DNA from: Malacoraja senta
Lineage: Eukaryota
DNA length: 64,000 nt
Assembly (NCBI GenBank): GCA_038087875.1
Contig: CM075990.1
Coordinates: forward strand, 5,084,001-5,148,000
Reading direction: 5' to 3'
Part shown: piece by piece, positions 36,751 to 47,430 of the stretch
Position numbering within the stretch: position 1 is the stretch's first letter
How the letters are laid out: each line of letters starts with the position of its first letter
Program-made: the position numbers and the translations under genes
Notes under the pieces: generated by a model
The model's database searches: none
What the model saw: only the letters and a program-made list of their open reading frames with translations
Told to the model about the DNA's origin: nothing

Positions 36751-37269
36751 GGTCTCTAAAAGTAGAAATACATTTAGATGTGATGGAAAGCGCACTAATT
36801 GCCACAGAAGATTGCACAAGAAAATAACACGGTGAGAAATTGGAGAACCGCAAACTAATGGGAAGGAGGTGAACGGATATGGGAAGAGATAGAGTAAATA
36901 TGATTAAACCCATTTGGTGAAATACACTGACAGAATGTTTGGGTCAAAATGCCCTTATCTGCTGTGTAAATTGTGTTTCTCTATTTGTATTGGTACAGTA
37001 TGATCACACTGCAGTTTGTATCTGAGTGGTCTGAAGAAGGGTCTCAACCCAAAATGTCCCCTATCCATGTTCTCCAGAGATGCTGCTTGATCCACTGAGT
37101 TACTGCAGCATTTTGTCTTTTTTGGAAAATATTTTATATTAAAATACACAATTTTAATTGCTCTATATTTACCAAGAGCAATATATAATGACAAAGCAAA
37201 AATACTTTAATGTCCAATAGATTTTAAAGCTGTTTGTGTTTAAAAATCCAAAACCATATTTACCATCTT

Positions 37270-38030
37270 GGAATTGAACCATAACATTGAACAAAAACTG
37301 AGTTAGACCACTCTGCCCCATCATTCAATATGAGCATGGGTGATCTGTCCCAAGCCTCCACTCTTCTGTTTCAGTTTCCGATTGCCTTCAATGTCCATGA
37401 CTTTTCAAAATGTCATCCAGTTCCCTTTTAAATACTTCTAATGATCCAGCCCCCACAACACTCATACATGTGAAAAATTGCAGGCACTCGCCACTGTAAA
37501 AAGTTCTATACCCCTCAAATTTAAACAACTGGCTCCTTATCTTATAATTATGTCTACTCATTCCACATTCTCCCATCGGTGAAAAATATCTCAGCATCTA
37601 CACTGTTATGACTCTAGCATCCTGTATATTTCAATACGTCATTCTTTAAACTCCAAACAGAATACAGACCTGACTGTCTTGATGGGACTGTTCACTCATC
37701 CCAATAATTAGACTTCTAAATCTTCTCTGATCTGCCTCCAATGCTACTATATCCTTTCTTAAATAAGGGAACAAATAACAATACCAACATCCTGTACTTT
37801 TCCAACAAAACTTCCTGATTGTTAAACTCCAATTCTTTTGCATAAAGGCCAAAAATGTTATTTACCTTCTTTAACTACCTGCTCTGTCTGCGTGCTAATC
37901 TTTGGGTGATTCATGCACAAGAACAAGGAGATCCCTCTGAACTTCACTCCTTTGCAGTCTCTTGTCATTTAGATCAATCTGCCTTTTGATTCCACCCACT
38001 CAAGTTCATGATCTTGTACATTGTTGCCTT
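37270..38030 (-). mobile_element. degraded CR1 LINE fragment
   Basis: PYLRKDIVALEADQRRF and SLEVFKRELD translations on the minus strand. Confidence 0.75.
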
Positions 38031-38574
38031 AAATGCTATTTGAGGTAGTGTGTACAGTTTTGGTCACCCTGCTAGAGGAAAGATGTAATTGAACTGAAAG
38101 GGTGCAAACAAGATTTACAAGACATTACTGGAACTGGAGATAGACACACAATGCTGGAGTAACTCAGCGGGACAAGCAGTATCTCTGCAGAGAAGGAATG
38201 GGTGACGTTTCGGGTCGCGACCCTTCAGACCGGGTTTGAGCTATAAAGAGAGGTTGGATTGGCTATGAGGGGTGTACTTCAAGAGGTTTATAAAATTGAG
38301 GCGTGTGTCGATAAGATGAATAGCTACGGTCGTTCTCCTAGGATAGGGAATCCTAAAACTAGGACACAGATTTAAGGTAAAAGGGAAAGACGTTAGAATA
38401 GAATGCTATTTATTGTCATTCAAACCTAGGCTTGAACGAAATATCATTACTACAGTTTTTTTTACATTACAAAAAAACCCAAGACCCACACTTAACACAG
38501 TTTACATAAACATCCATCACAGTGAGTCTCCAACACCTCCTCGCTGTGATGGAAGGCAACGTCTTATCTCCCAC

Positions 38575-39000
38575 CTCCCACCATGGCCTTTCTGTCCTGG
38601 GCCTCCTCCGTTACCAGAGTGAGGCACAGGCAAACTGGAGGAACAGCACCTCATATTCTGCTTGGGTAGCTTACAACCCAATGAAATGAACATTGGATTC
38701 ACCAATTTTAGGTAACCTCTAATTGACGCCCTCTAGCTTCACAGTCCACTGTCTCATCCCTTCTGTTCTTATCTCTGGCCTTTGACCTAACCATCTGCCC
38801 ATGAACCACCACCCCCCTCTCGTCTATGTCGACCAAGAACCTGCCATGCTTTATCCTGCCTCTCCCCTTTTCCAGCGTTCTCATCTCCTGCCCCACCGCA
38901 ATCAGTCCGAAGGGTCTCGACCCGAAATATCGCCTGTCCGTATTTTCCAGAGATGATGCCTGACCGACCTGCTGAGTTACTCCTGGACTTTGTATCCCTT
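38575..39000 (+). mobile_element. Penelope-like element 3' end (GIY-YIG C-terminus plus terminal repeat)
   Basis: KLEEQHLIFCLGSLQPNEMNIGFTNF at about 38632-38710, then GAAGGGTCTCGACCCGAAA. Confidence 0.8.
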
Positions 39001-40196
39001 TGCCTCCACGATGCTGCTCGACCGCTCCAACAATATATTTGTTTTTTCCCCCCTTTGATTCTATGAAGCCTATCCCCTGGTTCGACGAAGAATCATTTCA
39101 AATAATATTAAAGGCATTATATAAAAACTTAAAAAACTCTTGTTTTTTGCGTCGATAGTCCAAACGGTCCAAGAACAAAATAACCCACTTAAAAATTCTT
39201 CTCCATTTTTGGAACTGTGGACAAAATGTATCCTGAGAGAGGAGAATGGAACTTTAATCCATGATTGAGATAACATCGCGTCCCTTCAGTTGGGTTTAGT
39301 GGTCGTGTGTGTTTTTGAGGTTGTTTGCAAGCATTTGTTGATAAAGCCACTTGTTCTCGTATAATACTTGCACTAACTTCTATTCAGCGAACAGTGTGAG
39401 ACTATGCAAATACTTTTCCCAAGTCCTTTCAAGCGGGCAGTTCATTGAAAGAAAGAGGAGATTACATTGTTCAGCAGCTGCGGATTTGGACGCTGATTTA
39501 AGTCGGGAGTCATTGTCACGTCAATAAAGGGAGCCTTGATGAGTGAAAGAGCAATGTGCAGGGCAAGAAATGTGCACGGTACTCTTGCGCCAGACACATT
39601 TTCCCAAACTTTAAGGGGAGATCTGAGCTAGCGTGAAAAGGGGATTTGCATGTCAAATGAAGCAAGGCAGAGAGATACGTCCCGCCTGCTTGCTTGGTGT
39701 TTAAATCCTCGCAGAAGTTAATTAAACCTGCATTATACAGTAAAGCAACTTGAAATCGCGCTAATGTTGAGGTATTCCATGGAGATTAAGGGTCATACAA
39801 TAGGAATATAATTTACACGGTAAATGCTAATATGACCAATTAGAATGAGGGGAGCCTAGATGTGGCCCGGTGAGCGATTCGAGTTAAACTCTAAACTTTT
39901 TAAACATGTATGTGTTTACGTTATTTTGTATTACAAATGTTGACATTACTCTCATTCTCAAACTGTTGGATGCAATCCTTTCGAGAGAAGTATTGTAAAA
40001 TGTGCGGGTGAAGCATATTCACCGTCCCATTAGGAACATTTTCCATTGACGCGACCATCTCGATGGACACCAGCTGAACCGTAATGTATGTATAATATTC
40101 CACATGTTCCAAATGTTCCATTTAACGAGGGTTGGCGGTAGAACCAAAAGGGATATTTTATTTATATTGTCTAAATGGAGATTAGATTTTATTTTG

Positions 40197-41022
40197 TGTA
40201 GGAAGGCACTAGGTGGTTTACACTGAAGATAGACACAAAATACTGGAGTAACTCAGCGGGACAGGCAGCATCTCTGGATAGAAGGAATGGGTGACGTTTC
40301 AGGTCGAGATCCTTCTTCAGACTGAGAGTCAGAGGAGAGAGAGACGCAGAGATATAGAAGGGTAAGGTGTGAAAATGAGACATCAAATGGGACGTAGATC
40401 AAGGAAAATGTAGAATAGATCATTGTTAGCTGGGGGAAGGTGACAATGAAGAATACGAAGATACTTTTTTTATCCAGACTGGTCGGAGAACTATGATGGG
40501 GAGGGATCGAGAGAGAGAGAGAGAAAGCAAGGGTTACTTGAAGTTAGAAAAGTTGATATTCATATCGAATATAGACACAAAAAGCTGGAGTAACTCAGCG
40601 GGACAGGCAGCATCTCTGGAGAGAAGGAATGGCTGACGTTTCGGGTCGAGACCCTTCTTCATACCAGATCAAAGCAATCGATGATGGAAATGTACGATGG
40701 TTGTACAATTGTTGGCTGAGGGGGAGGGTGTGAACGAGGCATACAACCAGTAAAATTAATCAAGAGGACAGTGAAGCTAGTCGGAGAACTAGGGTTGGGG
40801 GGGGGGGGGTGGTGAGAGGGAAAGCGGGGTTATTTGAAGTTGGAGAAAGCAATGTTCAAACCCCTGGGGTGTAAGCTGCCCAAGCGAAATATGAGGTGCT
40901 GTTACTCCAATTAGCTTCTGGCCTCACTCTGAGAATAGAGGAGGCCCAAGACTGGAAGGCCATTCCTTTCCCACAGAGATGCTGCCTATCCCGATGAGTT
41001 ACTCCAGCATTTTGTGTCTATC
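40197..41022 (-). mobile_element. Penelope-like insertion: two tandem 3' units plus an inverted terminal piece, 15-bp TSD
   Basis: TTAGATTTTATTTTG (40182-40196) / TTAGATTTTCTTTTG (41023-41037); QHLIFRLGSLHPRGLNIAFSNFK* on minus at about 40830-40901. Confidence 0.85.
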
Positions 41023-42532
41023 TTAGATTTTCTTTTGACAAGACGATAAAATATTGGAAATTCCAACAGAGAAGCCAAGTTTGAGGAAGGGTCCCGAGCC
41101 GAAACGTCGCCTGTCCATGTTCTCCAGAGATGTTGCCTGGCCCGCTGTGTCATTTCAACACTTTGTGTCTATCTTTAGACAATCTAAGTTGTTCACTGTT
41201 CTCTGTGCTAGCTTCTAATGGCCCCTGTCATTCTTGCTTGGAGGTCCAGCGTCTTAAAACTTGAGTTCGTTCTCTCTGATGAGATGCATCGAGGCTTGAT
41301 GTTTCACCGTCTCTGACGCCCGGCGTCTTTGTGTAGTCCAATTACTATCCTCTGTCTTTTTACATATATTTCATTAATTTGTTCTATGGACCTGTTCATA
41401 TCTGTCGGTTCCCGCTCCCCTGACTCTCAGTCTGAAGAAAGGTCTCGACACGAAACGTCGCCTATTGCTTCTCTCCAGAGATGCTGCCAGTCCCGCTGAG
41501 TTACTCCAGCATGTTATGTCTATCTTCAATCCTCCAAAGTTTATTTGCACATTTAAATCTATGCTTTCTGGGCACAATTTCTGTGACCAGAGACTTCACC
41601 AAGCAACTGAGACGGAGTCTCGCCCCTTCATTGAGTAGGTGATTGTGCACCGTCCGCCCGCTTCGTTGGTTTCTAATTGAATATTTGGTTCGCTGAAGGA
41701 TCGGTCTTGTGGACCGTTAATAAAACGAATTGCAATTGCTTTGCATTACTGGGGTAAAGGCTTGAGAAACTTTCTTGTGGAAATTAAGCAAAACATCCAT
41801 GTTTCTGTGAAATCCCTTCAACAAGAAAAAATATAAGTTGAAATCAACCTATCGTTGAGGGGAGCTCTATATTTTATACGATTATCGCCTTATATATCAT
41901 GAGGGTGTTATGTCGGCCTGGGCTCTAATGTAAAACAGACACGGTGTCACTCTAAGGTAAAGAAGTGTCTTGAGAAACCAGCTCTTCCTCACTTGAACCA
42001 CTTGTTCTCTTTGCTTCTTTTCTTAGCTCTGCCCTTGCTTTTCGGAGCTGAAGGTGTTGCCCTTGGTAAAGTTTACAATGAACCAGAACGTTTCCCGTCA
42101 ACCCAATCTCTTCTGCCCCTTCCCCTCCTGCAGTAACTGCCAACGCGACACATGAACCCAACGTACAATGGAGATCAATGAGAGGAAGCAGCAACCTCGC
42201 AGAAACAGCTTTGGGCAGAAACGGCAATTCGAAAGGACCCGAGGCTTCGCCAATCCATGCCCTCCAGAGATACTGGCCTGACTCGCTGAATAACACCAGC
42301 ACTTCCTCCCAAATGTTCCCGACGGGAAGGACAGTGGAAGCAGATTCAATTGAAACTTTTTAAAAAGAGAATTGGGTCGGTACTTGAAGATAAAGACATG
42401 GCCACAGGAAACGAGGAAGAGTGTGATCTTTCACAACTGGCACAGGATGACGGACTGGAAACCCTTCAATAAGCTGTCTGATTTTATGATTTTATATTGA
42501 GGAATACAAACACACACACATACATATATAGA

Positions 42533-42698
42533 CACAAAAAGCTGGAGTAACTCAGCGGGACAGACAGCATCTCTGAAGAAAAGGAATGGGTGACGTTTCG
42601 GGTCGAGACCCACGTCACCCTTCCTTCTGTCCTGCTGAGTTACTCCAGCTTTTTGTGTCTATCATCGGTTTAAACCAGAATCTGCAGTTCCTTCACTT
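42533..42698. mobile_element. Penelope-like fold-back insertion, 15-bp TSD-like flank
   Basis: ACATACATATATAGA at 42518-42532 and 42699-42713. Confidence 0.75.
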
Positions 42699-43324
42699 AC
42701 ATACATATATAGATACATACATACATACATACAATTAAATCCATGCTTTCTGGGCATAATTTCTGTGACGGGGGCTTCACCAAGCAACTGAGACGAAGTC
42801 TTGCCCCTTCATAGAGCAGGAGATTGTGCACCGGACACACACACACACACACACGCACGTTCATATATAGTGTGCAGGTTGTACTAATATCTTTTTTTTT
42901 CAGTTTTCTTCCTTTGCCTTGTATAATGTGTCCATGATATACTGTATGTATGATGTACGCTATGCGTGCTGTTTGAGCTGTGTGCCTAAGATGCTGGTGC
43001 AAATAGGACTTTCATTATACCTGTACGGCACCGTGCTTGTACAATTGACAATAGACTCGACGTATTTACACACAGAGATTTGATGTGTGGGTTGTTGCCC
43101 GTTGCTGTTTTAACTCCGAGCAGAAATATTTGCTGCAAGATCCACAGTAATAGGTGACTCGTAGCTTTCGGGAAAGTGTTTTGTGAGGCCGGAGACACAC
43201 GTTGTCCTAAACAGGTTTAGGACAATTTTACATGTTAATTTCAAGTTAATTTAGAGAGAAAAACTGGCGTTTGAAAGAGAGCCTGAGATTTGTGGTTGAT
43301 GCAGAATTGAAAACATTACATTCT

Positions 43325-43500
43325 TAGCCTACAGACCTGCACGTTTTTCAGAAAACCGGAGCACCCGGAGGAAACCCTCGCGATCACAGTGCAAATGCGA
43401 AACGTGCAAACGCCGCATAGTCAGCACCCGTAGTCAGGATCGAACCCGGGTCTCTGGCGCTGTAAAGGCAGCAACACTCCCGCTGCGCCATTGTGCTACT
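43325..43500 (-). mobile_element. HE1-like V-SINE, 5' part
   Basis: CAGGATCGAACCCGGGTCTCTGGCGCTGTAAAGGCAGCAAC (reverse complement of the tRNA-like head). Confidence 0.8.
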
Positions 43501-45589
43501 CTGCGTGAGTTTATGCTTCACCCGTCTAGCTCTCTGCTCCCTCCGGTAAGACCTTGGGGAATAAGGCTCTGAACCCACCTCCTGGACCAACTGATGAAAA
43601 GTCACGAGGACAGAAGAAACGGCGGGGAACGCTATGACTGATATGGAAAACTCTCCAAAAACTGAAGCATGCCGTTTTACTGCCCGTTTCTTCCAATTGA
43701 TGCTTTTTTTTAGACATTTCGCTGGTGACGTCCTGTATTAAGATGTCATAACCATACAAACGTGATCTATTCTAAAGGCGATCTATTCTAAACTAACGAG
43801 GAATAATTCTTCAAATTTTGCTATTGTAGTTACATAAATCCTGTCTTACTAACATTGACATCTGACAGAGATGCTTTAATCTAACGATAAGAAAAATGCC
43901 TGTTTTATTATTGGGACGTAAATTTTAAAGAAAACTCAATTTATACGCGTTTACAGTATACGGTGAGAATTTACATGTTGACAGTGTAATGTCATTGCTG
44001 TACATATAACTGCACATAAATCTGCATTCACAGTGGTTGTCTTTATATATATTTAAACACTATTAATCTTGTGTGTGTGTGTGTGTGTGTGTATTGAATG
44101 TCTATATAAAATGTCTATATAAGTATGTATTTTGGTAGAGGATAGCCAGATAGCCAGATCTTAGAATACGAATTACTAGTATTTCTTATTGCTGGGTTAT
44201 CTTAGGTCGTTCAAACAAGACTATAGCTTTATTTTAATGGCATCAAATTACATTTGTTAATGGCTAATTTAAGCCTTTACGGATAACCCAAGGGACAGAC
44301 AGGATTGACATTAATAGTCGATGTTTCTATGTCCTGAATTCGATTCGTGTGGTTTTGAAGGAAATGCACACGGGTTTAAGCAAACAATTAAAAAATGAAA
44401 TATTTCTACTTCGGGCATAAAGAGAAGCGTCAATAAAGATGAGTAACGTCGGGAACATCGGCGCGGATTCTCTCGCCGTCTTTGTACCACAGAATGGTGA
44501 ACAAGTAGAAATAACCGCGGCGGGGCATCATGTATCACTCTTCAAAAAGAAGACAAAAGATCTAAATTTTCTTTAATTACAAACTGCACATTTTCTACAT
44601 TTAATCCAATCCAAAGCTGAGAATTAACTAAATTTCAGAGCATCAAACCGGTGCAATAAATTAACGGAGTACAAAGTGCTTCGTGTTCCTGTGTATAACA
44701 CAATTAAATCGTCCTTTTCCCGTCAAGCTGGGAGAACCTCGGCTTATTAATATTAGCGAAAGAGGTTTAATTTGCATTGTAGTCCTTGTGCCATTTGGAC
44801 AGAGTCAGCGGATCAATACTGGGTTGTTCCTTCCTATCTCTTCGGAGCAAAAACAAAGCCCAAATAAAAGTAATCTGGGAGCCCTTAACAAAAAAAACTA
44901 TCATGTTTTAGTTGTAACAATTCCAAAGTTAATATCGAATGATTAGGATTTCGGAATGTTCTTTTATCTTGAAAGTAACGCGGAACTTCAGTCATGTGCG
45001 TGTGCTACAAGCTTCTGGTGCTTGTTCGAGTTTCAGCTGAGCCGCTCAGGAAGATGCGGCATGTTTCACTGCGCTAAAGGGAGGAGAAGATGAGAGTTTG
45101 GTGACAAACTCGGCTGGTATGTTATTCAACGAAATAAAAGCTGGAAGTTCATTTCAACCAGAAATCCCTCCCACTAGCCCAGAAAAACCAGGGTGAATAT
45201 TATTAATACAGCATGTGTAAGTAATGCTTTCTCCCTACACACAACTTCCAACGTGAGCTAAACATTTATTAGGTAAGAAGTATGGTTACAGGACTACTGG
45301 GCAAGACTGTTTAACAGGCTGGTCAACATGGATTTAATTGAATAGCTGAACAGGCTGGAGGGGCAGAATGGCCCTTTCCTGTTCGCATAATCCATTTGAG
45401 TTGGTATTTAAAAAAACAGAATTCAAATTGTGTTTCATATCTCATTTAAGACACAGTTGGACAGGAACATGGATAGGATAGGTTTGGAGGGATATGGACC
45501 AAACGCGGGCAGGTGGGACTAGTGTAGTTAGGTCACGTTGAGCAAGTTGGGATGAAGGGCCTGTTTCCAGGCTGTATCCAATCTATCTT

Positions 45590-45870
45590 GTTTTGTTTCT
45601 TCATTTTTCACTTAGTGCCATCACTTCTACTGCTACTCCCCAATTCTTTCACCTTACAAACAGCTAACAACGGCCTGTTTCCTTTATCATCGTTACTTTT
45701 TTGCACATCTTTCATTCATTGTTCTTTATCTCTCCACATCACTGTCTATATCTCTCCTTTCCCTTATCCCTAACCAGTCTGAAGAAGGGTCTCGACCTGA
45801 AACGTCACCCATTCCTTCTCTCCAGAGATGCTGCCTGTCCCGCTGAGTTACTCCAGCTTTTTGTGTCTAT
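45590..45870 (+). mobile_element. Penelope-like 3' region with hammerhead-like core at 45779-45806
   Basis: CTGAAGAAGGGTCTCGACCTGAAACGTC; preceded by a CR1 tail at about 45440-45580. Confidence 0.75.
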
Positions 45871-46866
45871 GCACAATTCTTTTGACCTAGTTTAGCTTCA
45901 GACAATAAAAAACAAATATAAAAATTACTTCAAATGTTCAGAATTTCTGACTATATATATTGTAGTTTTGATCCTGGAAATACAACTCAAAAATCTGTGT
46001 TTCAATGCATCCATTAATCAGAACATTGGTAGAACTATGACAACAGAAATGATCCACTGTAGGGTTACCTGTTGGGAACTAAAACTCACTCCCTCGTTAA
46101 TATATTTGACTTATTTTTTCTCATGATCTTTTCTAGGAGGAGGATGGAACTTTTTATGTTTTATCAAGGCTCATAAAATATACTCAGGTATTTTCTGCAG
46201 CGAGTTTGTGAGCCTTCACGTGTGCCAGAAGAGAAGAAATTGATGATATATGATTGAACAGACATGTTGCCCATATTCACCACCCTTGCCACATCGCAAG
46301 AGTGATTGCACTGCTAAAATACATGACTGGTTGTCAAACATTTGGGCCATCTTGAGATTGTGAAAGATGGGTTTCACAAATGGGTTTCATATTTTTAGTC
46401 AGAAATAAGATAAGACAAGGGATAAAACTCTGGAGAGAGAACGAAAAGGGTAAAAAAAAATGAGGACAACAAACATATTAATATTATAAAAAGATACATG
46501 ATAGATCTAAATGGCAGCATTTGAAGGATAATTGGTCCAAAGGCCACTACTGGCACATGTTTTACTGTACCCAGAAATGCAGCCTAATGGCACACCACAT
46601 CACCAGTAATTGCACTGTTGTACTTACAGCTTGTTGTTCTCTTAATTGCTTAATATTTTGCAAAACATCAAAAAAATGGAACGATGCTCTATGACTGAAA
46701 GAAACTGGTGCATCTTCTTAAAGGAGAGCAGTGCTTCTTTTTACATCTACTTACTGCTTTGCTAACGCTGGCCAATTTGAGGCCAGAGAGTGTTGTCACT
46801 TTATTTAATTGCCATTTTTTAATGGTCTGTGTTATTGTCAGTCAGAAGGACATTCAATGGATGACC

Positions 46867-47430
46867 TTACTGTCGCCTGGCGGGCCGCGCGCCCTTTCTC
46901 TTTGAGGCACTCTCATTCCTGGATTTCTTGTCCTTCTTCACACAGAAATATTTGGTGATGTTTTTCCGGCACTGTTCACACTTCACCGCACAGCACCAGT
47001 GGAATTTGCAGTTGCAACTGCTCATCATCTGCGCTCGTCTCTCCCCCACCGACAACCCGCAATCCCCACACAGCCTCTTGCAGCTCCGCTTCTCCCACTT
47101 GCTCAGGTGCTTGCCCTTCTTGATGCATTCCCTTCCTTCCGTCCCCTGCAGACCGAGGGTCTTGTTTTCCAGGCAGTAATCGGGGGAATCCTCCAGGTGA
47201 ACCAGCTCCTTCTTGGAAATGGCACTGAAGGTTTCAGCGATCGCCCCTCTGCTGGCCGCACTGTTGCCTGCCCCTTTAAGGAGGTCAACTTTCAAGGCTT
47301 TGTGATACTTTTCCTTCAGGTAATTCCCCACCTCTCGGAATTCAGGAAGCTGAAGCCAGCAGGTCTGTGTCGTGCAACTCCCAGACACACCGTGGCACTT
47401 ACATGTCTGCTTCATCGTGCCTTTAACTGC
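46867..47430 (-). CDS. wnt8b: wnt8b exon 6 ([19 protein letters not shown]...ARPARRQ*)
   Basis: ttcttcAG acceptor (plus-strand ct at 47431-47432); TAA at 46867-46869; lipidated-Ser motif CHGVSGSC. Confidence 0.97.
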   Translation of the reverse strand, partial: AVKGTMKQTCKCHGVSGSCTTQTCWLQLPEFREVGNYLKEKYHKALKVDLLKGAGNSAASRGAIAETFSAISKKELVHLEDSPDYCLENKTLGLQGTEGRECIKKGKHLSKWEKRSCKRLCGDCGLSVGERRAQMMSSCNCKFHWCCAVKCEQCRKNITKYFCVKKDKKSRNESASKRKGARPARRQ

